Shown here: positions 1 through 11,160 of the stretch, in pieces
Layout of the letters: the number at the start of each line of letters is the position of its first letter
Position numbering within the stretch: the stretch's first letter is position 1
Source of the DNA: Guillardia theta CCMP2712
Taxonomy: Eukaryota; Protista; Cryptophyta
NCBI RefSeq assembly: GCF_000315625.1
Contig: NW_005434653.1
Coordinates: 784,045-848,044, forward strand
Direction: 5' to 3'
DNA: 64,000 nucleotides
The notes under the pieces: model-generated
What the model was told of the DNA's origin: nothing
The model's database searches: none
The model's input: the letters and a program-made list of their open reading frames with translations, nothing else
Program-made: the position numbers and the translations under genes

Positions 1-560
1 TGTCGTCCTTGACGTCTTCGTCTCTGAAAGATTCTTTAAGATCTCGCGGCGCTTGTGTGGGGCTGGTCATCCACGAGGTCAGCGACAGCCCTGCTGATGT
101 CCACCTGACTTTGACGGCAGAACCCGCCGGAAGAGAGGCACTTCGACTTCACCATCTCCTTCAAGTATCTTCTCAACGCAGCTGAATCGACCAAGACCTC
201 TACCCCTTGTGGAACTCCGAGGTGAAGGGTGCCAGAAAAAGGCTGGAGTTGACCTGCACCTGCAGAGCAAGTGACAAGGTCAGGCAGGACGCTTCCTTGG
301 GTCTGATCCTCCTGCTCGTGAGTCCGCCTGACCCGTGTGCAGGTGAAGGTGAGGGCGTCAACAGCCCAGCAGGCACGATCGATTCGTTCCCGAGAGTCAG
401 CAGGAGGGGCTCGGAGGAGGAGGCACAGAGCGAGAGGGAGCAGAACCTTGCGAGCAGACCCGACGAAAGCATGCTGTCCTGCTCCTCTAGCCCTTGGAGT
501 CCAGCTGAGAGGAGGGAGAAGCGGGAAGGAATAAAGTCCAGCATGAACGCTGTGCTCGGA
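1..560 (+). pseudogene. Truncated duplicate of the NYN-domain gene (middle exons)
   Basis: Near-identical to 7750-8309; identity stops at gtgctcgga, so the 3' exons are missing. Confidence 0.75.
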
Positions 561-1205
561 AGTAAATGGCACCAGTCAATGCTGATCCAGCACAACGCCG
601 CTCACGGGATGAGCGGCCACGCATGATCTTCGTGATGTTTGAACCTGTTATGCTGATGCCAGGTACAGTCAACGCAACCTTGCCTTACTTTGAAGTTGGT
701 GGAAACATTCTTTTTATGTGCTTGTACGCGCTACAAAGATTCACCTCAGCAGCGAACGCGTCGGTTGACCGTGACCTGGCAGTAACTCGAGCAGGTCACG
801 TCACCTCGCGGAGCTACTGGTAGTAAACTTCGTAAAGTCGCAGCTGCGGTACAATCTCGTTCGGAGCAGATACCGACGACCTCTCGGCCCCTCAGGGAAC
901 AAATGGCTGACATTTCATTTTGCAAATTCTTTTGCTCTTGCTTGGATGGATGGAACTTGAGCCCAATAGTATGTAAGTCGCATATGCAATGATGCGCTCA
1001 GAGGGACGATTGGCTGACATTTACTTTGCAAAACCCTGGTGTTTCCTTGCTTACATGGATTTAATTCGCCTTCGTAGAACGTAAGTGTCATATCATATGA
1101 TGCACTCAGCGCATACTAGTTCATGACCAGGTACTGAGACGTTTTAACAACCGGGGGGTTCGTTGATTTCTAGCTCCTCGTGCGGCAAGGCGTATTATCG
1201 CGTCC

Positions 1206-1910
1206 ATGTCCAGGTCAAGCTCGACGCCTCTGCTGCTCCTGTGCCTGGCTGGGCTTCAGTTCGCCCTCGCCTACGATGTCTTCGACGGCTACTACCCTGC
1301 CCTCTACAAGGTCGACTTCATCGGGAACGACATCCCCGTCAACGGCACCATCGGGAAGTTGTCGATCTCCATGTCTGACTGCGCGACCTTATGTAACGCC
1401 ACCTCGGAGTGTCGGGGCTTCACCTACCAGAAGAGAGCGAGCACCGAGCTGAGCTCCTGCTTCGTCAAGTCGATGATGGTGGGTGTTGGTACCGACACCA
1501 GCGCCTTCGTCAACGCCGACCCCTACTCGTACATCAGGAGGTCCGTTGCCGCCGACGTGTCCGGCTACCCGAAGCACGAAGTAGGATACGATTATCCCGG
1601 GAATGACATTCAGTCATCCATCGCAGTCAAGGATGCAGCCGCTTGTGGACAGGAATGCAACAAAGCCACAAACTGTGCGGGGTTCGTCTACTACCCCATC
1701 CCCTTCTCGGGGCAGATCTACAATCAGCAAGCAACGGTGGGGGCAGGTACATGCGCGATCAAGACGGCGATGAAGGGGAAGTACCAGTTTCCAGCAGGAT
1801 CAGAGATCCAAGCCTATCACAAGTCAGCGGCTCCCTCCACTCAGTCTCTCTCTCTCGCCCTCAGCTTCTTGACTATCTTGTTCCACCTGTCGCTCAGGTC
1901 CAGCCCGTGA
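1206..1910 (+). CDS. Secreted, probably GPI-anchored protein with two PAN/apple domains
   Basis: Signal peptide (LLLLCLAGLQFALA); two D[FY]xGNDI..C..C..CxGF[TV]Y..CxxK units; hydrophobic C-terminal tail; intronless. Confidence 0.85.
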   Translation: MSRSSSTPLLLLCLAGLQFALAYDVFDGYYPALYKVDFIGNDIPVNGTIGKLSISMSDCATLCNATSECRGFTYQKRASTELSSCFVKSMMVGVGTDTSAFVNADPYSYIRRSVAADVSGYPKHEVGYDYPGNDIQSSIAVKDAAACGQECNKATNCAGFVYYPIPFSGQIYNQQATVGAGTCAIKTAMKGKYQFPAGSEIQAYHKSAAPSTQSLSLALSFLTILFHLSLRSSP

Positions 1911-2871
1911 TGCGAACAGAATGGCGGGTCAAGAATGAGCACGTCCNNNNNNNNNNNNNNNNNNNNNNNNNNNNNNNNNNNNNNNNNNNNNNNNNNNNNN
2001 NNNNNNNNNNNNNNNNNNNNNNNNNNNNNNNNNNNNNNNNNNNNNNCAACGAGAGTCTCAGTAAGATGGATCATATCCTAGCAAGAATGAACATCCTAGT
2101 AAGTGTTTCATCTAGAAATCAATGACCTCTCAGATTCATGACCCTCCCCGCCATGTTCTGCTGCCGCTGCAGATCTCCAGCCATTCCTCCGCTTCTGATT
2201 GGAATCAGACGGGGATCTGATTTCGATACATTCCTTCTCGTTCGTCAGACATTCGGGGGGATCTATTATTTGATCGTCGGTTTATAGATGATCACGCCCA
2301 TAACTTCCTTGTGTTCTCATCACAACAATTGCACACGCCTTGATCACATTGAAGCACTGTTTGAAGGTCAAATCCAAGGAATTGCAAGAGAGTTTCTCTC
2401 TTCACCTGATCTCGTTTGGCATGTCATGGCACATATGACATTGCTGTCATCATCATTTGCATACATGTCAAGATTCAAGTGCTCTTGATCGCACGACAAG
2501 ACTACTTGGGCCCGGTCCAGCTGAAGGGTCATTGCACTCCAGGTGAGGCTCAGCTACACACTCATGAAGCGTGTAAGCCTTCAAGACTGTTCATCTTCCA
2601 CGTTCGTCCCGGCATCATAGCTACGGTCAAGCTGGCACTCAGACAGGGGGCGGCACCGTGACTCGCCAAGCTCAGATTGACCCTCATACCGCACTGCAAG
2701 GTATTGAGTGCTCGCCCGGCGGTGTTCCGTCATGATGACACGTCTGCAACCTGCGCCGTCGGACGTTCACCGTGCCGTCTCACTGGCACGGTGCCATCGC
2801 CGAGTAGCCGATGGCGCTGACTTGAAACCAGCTTGAAACTCTCTCAGGCCCGCGGTACTGTATGAGCGATG

Positions 2872-4021
2872 TGTCAAAGTTGACAAGGTGATGGATAGAA
2901 TGGCCAAGCCCAACGTTCCTCACCCTTGGTAAGGCGAGCGGGGCCGAGAAGGAGACGAAGAGCAGCAGCGTTGAGAGAGACAGGGGAGGAGAGGAGTGAG
3001 TCTAGGAGGGAGGGAGGAGCGAGGAGGAGCAGCAAAGAAAAGCATGCGGGCTGAGCAACAAGCTACAGGTGATGACAGGCATCTGAACAAATCGTAAAGG
3101 CTGAGAAAGAGGAGAAGGAGGAGGAGGAGGAGGAGGAGTACTTTGTGTACCCACCTTTGCAATGGCGAGCCCATTACAAGCAAAGCTTCTGCAGGATGAG
3201 CACGCGGATGGTACGGGGCATGCTGTTGTGGATGTATGATACCAAAGATCAGCTTGAAAGAGCAATTGTATTCTCCTGCTCACCTTCANNNNNNNNNNNN
3301 NNNNNNNNNNNNNNNNNNNNNNNNNNNNNNNNNNNNNNNNNNNNNNNNNNNNNNNNNNNNNNNNNNNNNNNNNNNNNNNNNNNNNNNNCTCAAGAAAGGG
3401 GTACCGTGTGCGGGAGAGGCAGGCAGCTCTGAGATCACGTCGTTAGAATGGGTATATGAGGTGTCGTCCTTGGCGTCTTCGTCTCTGAAAGATTCTTTAA
3501 GATCTCGCGGCGCTTGTGTGGGGCTGGTCATCCACGAGGTCAGCGACAGCCCTGCTGATGTCCACCTGACTTTGACGGCAGAACCCGCCGGAAGAGAGGC
3601 ACTTCGACTTCACCATCCCCTTCAAGTATCTTCTCAACGCAGCTGAATCGACCAAGACCTCTACCCCTTGTGGAACTCCGAGGTGAAGGGTGCCAGAAAA
3701 AGGCAGGAGTTGACCTGCACCTGCAGAGCAAGTGACAAGGTCAGGCAGGACGCTTCCTTGGGTCAGATCCTCCTGCTCGCGAGTCCGCCTGACCCGTGTG
3801 CAGGTGAAGGTGAGGGCGTCAACAGCCCAGCAGGCACGATCGATTCGTTCCCGAGAGTCAGCAGGAGGGGCTCGGAGGAGGAGGCACAGAGCGAGAGGGA
3901 GCAGAACCTTGTGAGCAGACCCGACGAAAGCATGCTGTCCTGCTCCTCTAGCCCTTCGAGTCCAGCTGAGAGGAGGGAGAAGCGGGAAGGAATAAAGTCC
4001 AGCATGAACGCTGTGCTCGGA
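2872..4021 (+). pseudogene. Internally deleted and 3'-truncated copy of the NYN-domain gene
   Basis: Joins the equivalent of ~6755 directly to ~7495 (losing the VFWD exon) and ends at the same gtgctcgga breakpoint; contains an N gap. Confidence 0.75.
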
Positions 4022-4720
4022 AGTAAATGGCACCAGTCAATGCTGATCCAGCACAACGCCGCTCACGGGATGAGCGGCCACGCATGATCTTCGTGATGTT
4101 TGAACCTGTTATGCTGATGCCAGGTACAGTCAACGCAACCTTGCCTTACTTTGAAGTTGGTGGAAACATTCTTTTTATGTGCTTGTACGCGCTACAAAGA
4201 TTTCGTTTAAAATAACTTTTCATCAAATTTCCGTTGGCCAAGAGAGTCCCGAAGAAGCTCGAGTTACTGCCAGGTCACGGTCAACCGACGCGTTCGCTGC
4301 TGAGGTGAGGTCACGTCACCTCGCGGAGCTACTGGTAGTAAACTTCGTAAAGTCGCAGCTGCGGTACAATCTCGTTCGGAGCAGATACCGACGACCTCTC
4401 GGCCCCTCAGGGAACAAATGGCTGACATTTCATTTTGAAAATTCTTTTGCTCTTGCTTGGATGGATGGAACTTGAGCCCAATAGTATGTAAGTCGCATAT
4501 GCAATGATGCGCTCAGAGGGACGATTGGCTGACATTTACTTTGCAAAACCCTGGTGTTTCCTTGCTTACATGGATTTAATTCGCCTTCGTAGAACGTAAG
4601 TGTCATATCATATGATGCACTCAGCGCATAATAGTTCATGACCAGATACTGAGACGTTTTAACAACCGGGGGGTTCGTTGATTTCTAGCTCCTCGTGCGG
4701 CAAGGCGTATTATCGCGTCC

Positions 4721-5425
4721 ATGTCCAGGTCAAGCTCGACGCCTCTGCTGCTCCTGTGCCTGGCTGGGCTTCAGTTCGCCCTCGCCTACGATGTCTTCGA
4801 CGGCTACTACCCTGCCCTCTACAAGGTCGACTTCATCGGGAACGACATCCCCGTCAACGGCACCATCGGGAAGTTGTCGATCTCCATGTCTGACTGCGCG
4901 ACCTTGTGTAACGCCACCTCGGAGTGTCGGGGCTTCACCTACCAGAAGAGGGCGAGCACCGAGCTGAGCACCTGCTTCGTCAAGTCGATGATGGTGGGTG
5001 TTGGTACCGACACCAGCGCCGTCGTCAATGCCGACCCCTACTCGTACATCAGGAGGTCCGTTGCCGCCGACGTGTCCGGCTACCCGAAGCACGAAGTAGG
5101 ATACGATTATCCCGGGAATGACATTCAGTCATCCATCGCAGTCAAGGATGCAGCCGCTTGTGGACAGGAATGCAACAAAGCCACAAACTGTGCGGGGTTC
5201 GTCTACTACCCCATCCCCTTCTCGGGGCAGATCTACAATCAGCAAGCAACGGTGGGGGCAGGTACATGCGCGATCAAGACGGCGATGAAGGGGAAGTACC
5301 AGTTTCCAGCAGGATCAGAGATCCAAGCCTATCACAAGTCAGCGGCTCCCTCCACTCAGTCTCTCTCTCTCGCCCTCAGCTTCTTGACTATCTTGTTCCA
5401 CCTGTCGCTCAGGTCCAGCCCGTGA
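4721..5425 (+). CDS. PAN/apple domain surface protein, second copy
   Basis: 234 aa; differs from 1206-1910 at two residues (SSCF/STCF, AFVN/AVVN). Confidence 0.85.
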   Translation: MSRSSSTPLLLLCLAGLQFALAYDVFDGYYPALYKVDFIGNDIPVNGTIGKLSISMSDCATLCNATSECRGFTYQKRASTELSTCFVKSMMVGVGTDTSAVVNADPYSYIRRSVAADVSGYPKHEVGYDYPGNDIQSSIAVKDAAACGQECNKATNCAGFVYYPIPFSGQIYNQQATVGAGTCAIKTAMKGKYQFPAGSEIQAYHKSAAPSTQSLSLALSFLTILFHLSLRSSP

Positions 5426-5462
5426 TGCGAACAGAATGGCGGGTCAAGAATGAGCACGTCCT

Positions 5463-5597
5463 AGTAAGATGGATCATATCCTAATATCAACGAGAGTCTC
5501 AGTAAGATGGATCATATCCTAATATCAACGAGAGTCTCAGTAAGATGGATCATATCCTAATATCAACGAGAGTCCTAGTAAGATGGATCATATCCTA
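5463..5597 (+). repeat. 38-bp tandem repeat (agtaagatggatcatatcctaatatcaacgagagtctc), ~3.5 units
   Basis: Units start at 5463, 5501, 5539, 5577; the equivalent site in copy 1 is an N gap. Confidence 0.9.
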
Positions 5598-6720
5598 GCA
5601 AGAATGAACATCCTAGTAAGTGTTTCATCTAGAAATCAATGACCTCTCAAATTCATGACCCTCCCCGCCATGTTCTGCTGCCGCTGCAGATCACCAGCCA
5701 TTCCTCCGCTTCTGATTGGAATCAGACGGGGATCTGATTTCGATACATTCCTTCTCGTTCGTCAGACGTTCGGGGGGATCTATTATTTGATCGTCGTTTT
5801 ATAGATGATTACGCCCATAACTTCCTTGTGTTCTCATCACAACAATTGCACACGCCTTGATCACATTGAAGCACTGTTTGAAGGTCAAATCCAAGGAATT
5901 GCAAGAGAGTTTCTCTCTTCACCTGATCTCGTTTGGCATGTCATGGCACATATGACATTGCTGTCATCATCATTTGCATACATGTCAAGATTCAAGTGCT
6001 CTTGATCGCACGACAAGACTACTTGGGCCCGGTCCAGCTGAAGCCTGTCATTGCACCGTCTCCGGGGCCCGGGTCCAGGTCAGGCTCAGCCTCGTACTGG
6101 CACTGCAAGGTACTACGGTATTGCCAGAAGTGCTCGGCCGGCGGTGTGCCTGCGTCACTGTCATGATGACACCCGGTCGTGACGGTTTACCGGGCCCGGG
6201 GTCATAATTGGATCCAGCGGCTCAGCCTGGCAGGCTCGTCACGGCCGGCCCGGCAGTGATTGCCAGCCTGGCATCTTACAGTACCATCGAGTAGCTGATC
6301 GGACCTTGCGGCCAAGGCAAGTTGGATGTGCCTGCAAACTCACTGCGAGTCGGCTGAGCGTCCGATCGGCCCTGAGTTCCTGATCGGCATCCCGGAGCCT
6401 CGGAGTCCGGGCCCGAGTCGCCGAGTCACTTCCCCACTGGCCTGCTCGTCAAAGTTGACAAGGTGATGGATAGAATGGCCAAGCCCAACGTTCCTCTCCC
6501 TTGGTAAGGCGAGCGGGGCAGACGAAGGAGACGAGGTGAGAGAGACAGGGGAGGAGAGGAGTGAGTCTAGGAGGGAGGGAGGAGCGAGGAGGAGCAGCAA
6601 AGAAAAGCATGCGGGCTGAGCAACAAGCTGCAGGTGATGACAGGCATCTGTACAAAGCGTAAAGGCTGAGGAGGAGGAGGGGGAGGAGGAGGAGGAGTAA
6701 TTTGTGTGACCTCCTCTGCC

Positions 6721-8792
6721 ATGGCGAGCCCATTGCAAGCAAAGCTTCTGCAGGACAAGAAGGGGCGATCTTTGTTCTGGTCTGACCTGCAACATGCGGA
6801 GAATGGGAGGAGGCCAACCACTGCTGCATCTGCTCCTCGTCCCTCCTCGTCCTTCTACCCGTTGATCGACAAGGTCGAGGCGGCCGAAGCAAGGGTATCC
6901 ATGAGCATCGGGCGTTTATCGGGTCTTGCTAAGCTTGTTTGTTAGCCAAACACGGCGAACCCGGAGTTGAAGTCGAGAGCACACACGCATGTACAAGAGC
7001 ACGCGGAGGGTCCTTCTTGGGACGAGCATGACGAGAGGGTCAATGTCGGCGTTGGCTGTGCAGTCTTCTGGGATCTTGAAAGTTTCCCCATCCCCTCGAA
7101 GCAGAGGAATCTCGACTTTGCTGATGCGCTAGCAGACGTCGTGAGCAAGAAGCGGTTCGGGTCAACCGTTGAAGTCAGTCAAATCTCCGTCTACATCGAC
7201 GAGCAGAAGTCCAGCGGGGCTCCAGCAAGGCTGTTGAGCTCGAGGGTCAAGAGTACTCCGAGTCGTGCGGAAGGCTCGCAGAAAGTAGCTTGACAGCGAA
7301 TTTGGTCAAAAGTTCTGACATGCTGGACAAGGTTCCCTCCGCTGGAGGAGCGACGAGGGACGGAGGGGGCAGGCTAAGGGCGCGACCCTCCTTTGCTCCC
7401 GTGAAAAAGTTTCCTGAGAGGATGACCCTCGACGACAGGGGGGCGGGCGACCGAAGGTGCAACGTGCTGAGAATGTTGTTCTTGTGACTTTGTCATGAAC
7501 AGAATGCGGATGGTACGGGACATGCTGTTGTGGATGTATGATACCAAAGATCAGCTTGAAAGAGCAACGGTATTCTCCTGCTCACCTTCATTCATTTTCC
7601 CCCTCCACCACCATCTCCTCCTCTTCCTCCTCCTTCTCTTCCTTTGCTCTACATCTTCCTCGTCCTCTTCGTTATTTTCTCATGGTCCATGTAGGCTGTG
7701 GTGTTCACGACCGATGTCGGCGTCATCCGTTGCATAGCAGACATGAGGTGTCGTCCTTGGCGTCTTCGTCTCTGAAAGATTCTTTAAGATCTCGCGGCGC
7801 TTGTGTGGGGCTGGTCATCCACGACGTCAGCGACAGCCCTGCTGGTGTCCACCTGACTTTGACGGCAGAACCCGCCGGAAGAGAGGCACTTCGACTTCAC
7901 CATCTCCTTCAAGTATCTTCTCAACGCAGCTGAATCGACCAAGACCTCTACCCCTTGTGGAACTCCGAGGTGAAGGGTGCCAGGAGGAGGCAGGAGTTGA
8001 CCTGCACCTGCAGAGCAAGTGACAAGGTCAGGCAGGACGCTTCCTTGGGTCAGATCCTCCTGCTCGCGAGTCCGCCTGACCCGTGTGCAGGTGAAGGTGA
8101 GGGCGTCAACAGCCCAGCAGGCACGATCGATTCGTTCCCGAGAGTCAGCAGGAGGGGCTCGGAGGAGGAGGCACAGAGCGAGAGGGAGCAGAACCTTGCG
8201 AGCAGACCCGACGAAAGCATGCTGTCCTGCTCCTCTAGCCCTTCGAGTCCAGCTGAGAGGAGGGAGAAGCGGGAAGGAATAAAGTCCAGCATGAACGCTG
8301 TGCTCGGACAGAATCTGGGAGATGCCGCTATCATTCTCTGTTCCTGGTCCAAGTCGAGCAGCTTCAGTGTCGGGGAGCCTGTCTGTGTGAAACGAAGCGA
8401 TGGGAGGTCTTCTAAACTCCTCCTTCTCCTCCTCCTTCCTCCCTCCTTCTCTACTTCATGCCATTCTCACCTGTTTCTTCCTTGACCTCAAATACTCCCC
8501 CTTACTACTCTCACTACCCGATAGGTACACTCTCGGCCTAACGCTCGGCTTCGGGTCAGAGGAGCACTACAGCTCGGTACATGGCACGGTGAAGACTCCA
8601 GCTGACCTCCAGCTGATCTGATGAGTTTGGCAGAGCCTGCAGCAGGGAGAAGTTGAGGTCCTGGTGGACTATGATGGAGGGGGGCACAAGATCACCAGAA
8701 TCAACAAGATCGAGAGGGTCGGGAAGTTTCCGATGAAAGCCATGGCAAAGTTTAAGCTAGACGCCAACATCGACGACCTGAAGCGCTTCTAA
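6721..8792 (+). CDS. NYN (PIN-like, limkain-b1/MARF1 type) domain protein, multi-exon
   Basis: CAVFWDLESFPIP and RDMLLWMYD resemble NYN VFWDxENCP and DMxxWA motifs; last exon ends IDDLKRF-stop. Confidence 0.65.
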
Positions 8793-8901
8793 GGTGAACA
8801 ACTCAACGCTAGTCTCGTCGTCTCCCTCCTATCCCTTCCCTTGAGCGCAAGTCTGCCATGGACGTCACACGAGGACTCGGCGGACAGCAGCGAAACCTCC
8901 G

Positions 8902-9343
8902 TCACTTCATGGAAGAGATCATCTCAAAGATCTGGAGGATCCGTTTCGAATCCTCCACGTGCAGGTTCCTGGGGTGCGATCAGGGCTGAGGAAGGCGCGT
9001 GTCGAACTCACTCGATGAGCTTCCCTCGCACAACGGCAACGTTGCTCTTCTTTTCGAGCTGCTCGCAAGTCCATCACTGCTGGGAGGGAGCTGGGCAGGG
9101 AGGGAGCTCACCGCCTCGTTGTAGGCAGCGATGATCTCCTGCGCTAGTTTGACGTCATCGGCGGAGGGAGAGAAAACTTCATTGGCCGGTCCAATCTGCA
9201 CGATAAGGAAGGTGACTGGTGAATCACAGATCATTGAGAACTAGGAGCGATCTACCTGAGTTGGGTGAATCAGGGTCTTGCCATCGAACCCCATCTGCTT
9301 CGCTGCGCTGTGGAAGAGATCATGAAGACGATCGAGAGGAGGA

Positions 9344-9386
<43 letters not shown>

Positions 9387-10443
9387 TGGAGGAAAAGGAG
9401 GAGAGAGATGCTGTCAGAAGGGCCTTATGTCATGAATGAAAGTACGTGCAATGCTGCAGAAACTCCTCCTTGTTTTCAATGTCCAGGTGCACCTGCTCCC
9501 TTGTCAACAAGCTGCCAGTCCACGGCAGGTCTCACCCCATCCAGAGCCACAAGGCCATGGGCTCGAGCGGACAGCAGGACCTGGTCGGCGTCACGGACGG
9601 CAGGAGAGCCTCTTCCTGCTCACCATCTGCAGCGAAGTCTGCAAGGGGAAGCGAGACGGCACGTGTAGTGCGTGCAGGTCCTGCCACGAGGTCAAGCGGC
9701 ATCGGGAGGAGCTGGACTACCTTGGTAAGGTCGGACGTTCCCATCACGACAGCTTGCAGAGGGTTCTCCTTGGATTCTCTCGCTGCGGAAAGACCCTGAG
9801 CTCAATCCCAGGAGAGATTAGGGCAGTACCGAGGGAGCAGATGTCAGAGCTGCGCAGCACCTGGGAGCAGCACATGAGATAGGCAGGCAGCCGTCAAGGA
9901 GAACAAAGGCGCTACCCCCATCGGGCTTTCAATCATGCACCAGATCGGAAGATCTTTGCGCATCTCCTGCGAGATGATCTTCTGCGCTTCGATCACCACG
10001 TTCCTGTCCTCCACTTTCGGAATGACAACCTGACAACTCTGCGAGTCAGTTGCCAGCTGAGCCTCCTAGCTCGCACCCACCGCATTCGCCTTGCTCTTGG
10101 CGATGGCACGAATGTCGTCCTTGCCCCACACTGTGTCGAGCCCGTTGCATCTGATCGCTACCTCCCTGTGTCCAAACCCTCCACTGTCGATCTCTTTCAC
10201 CACGTTCATCCTCGCATCGACCTTCACGTCGGGCGCTACGGCGTCTTCGAGGTCCATGATCACCACGTCGGCAGGTAGCGTTCTAGCCTTGTTGATGGCT
10301 CGCGTGTTTGATCCTGGAAGGAACAGCACCGATCTTCGGGGACGGAAGGACATGAATCGTTTGCCCCCCGACCTCAGCACTGCATTGAAGCTCCAACCTA
10401 TGGGCAGCAACATTTCAACTTCTTTGCTGCATCCTGCTCTCAT
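8902..10443 (-). CDS. CitE/HpcH family citrate lyase beta-like (malyl-CoA lyase/thioesterase, CLYBL-like), possible mitochondrial presequence
   Basis: RPRRSVLFLPGSN, MDLEDAVAP, IRCNGLDT, IPKVE, MIESP, ANEVFSPS and ENLHV motifs across exons. Confidence 0.9.
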
Positions 10444-10502
10444 TCATCGCACATCCCATGCACCAACAGACTTTCTCTTCTTTTGAAACCACCGTCTGCA
10501 CT

Positions 10503-10635
10503 TTGTACATCTACTGAGCCCTTGTACATCTACTGAGTCCTTGTACATCTACTTAGTCCTTGTACATCTACTTAGTCCTTGTACATCTACTTAGTCCTTG
10601 TACATCTACTTAGTCCTTGTACATCTACTGAGCCC
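10503..10635 (+). repeat. 19-bp tandem repeat (ttgtacatctact[g/t]ag[c/t]cc) x7
   Basis: Directly visible just upstream of the CitE-like start. Confidence 0.95.
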
Positions 10636-10774
10636 TTCTTCTCAGATCCAGAGGGATGTTTGTTGAGGTACAAGTTGTAACCATCATGTTCTCAAACAAC
10701 ATTCAATCGCCCCATGATACACACTCATGGCATGGGAACATGCTAGCGCATCATTCTTTCCTCTAGCTCCTTGT

Positions 10775-10848
10775 CCTCTCCTCTCCTCTCCTCTCCTCTC
10801 CTCTCCTCTCCTCTCCTCTCCTCTCCTCTCCTCTCCTCTCCTCTCCTC
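10775..10848 (+). repeat. (CTCTC)n microsatellite
   Basis: Direct. Confidence 0.95.
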
Positions 10849-11160
10849 CCTCCCTTTGTCTCACCTCGTACGGCCTGCATTACTTACGCCTGGTCGCCCG
10901 ACAAATTGTTTCACTCATCACCCTCATTCCACCTTTGGGCCCTCTTCGTCCAAGGTCCGGTCACGTACCGCCGGGCGGGCCGGGCCCCCGGGCCCCGGAT
11001 GGCGGCACTCACTGCGCCGCCGGCAGCTGCGCCGGCAGTGGGCCCTCGGTTAGGAATGCGGGTGATGAAGACGAAGCTGGGGCCCAGCAGAAAGTGACGT
11101 AGAATTTCAAAATATTCTCACTCCTCACGTGGCAGATCAGTGACCGTTTGCCAAGTTTCA

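Larger units (their letters stand above)
1..6447 (+). repeat. Tandem segmental duplication, unit ~3.5 kb (NYN fragment + PAN gene + spacer)
   Basis: 1-2520 matches ~3462-6040 with few differences; 2872-3190 matches 6448-6755. Confidence 0.9.

Noticed and set aside
5463-5597. 38-bp repeats as a CRISPR array
   Set aside because: No spacers; simple minisatellite
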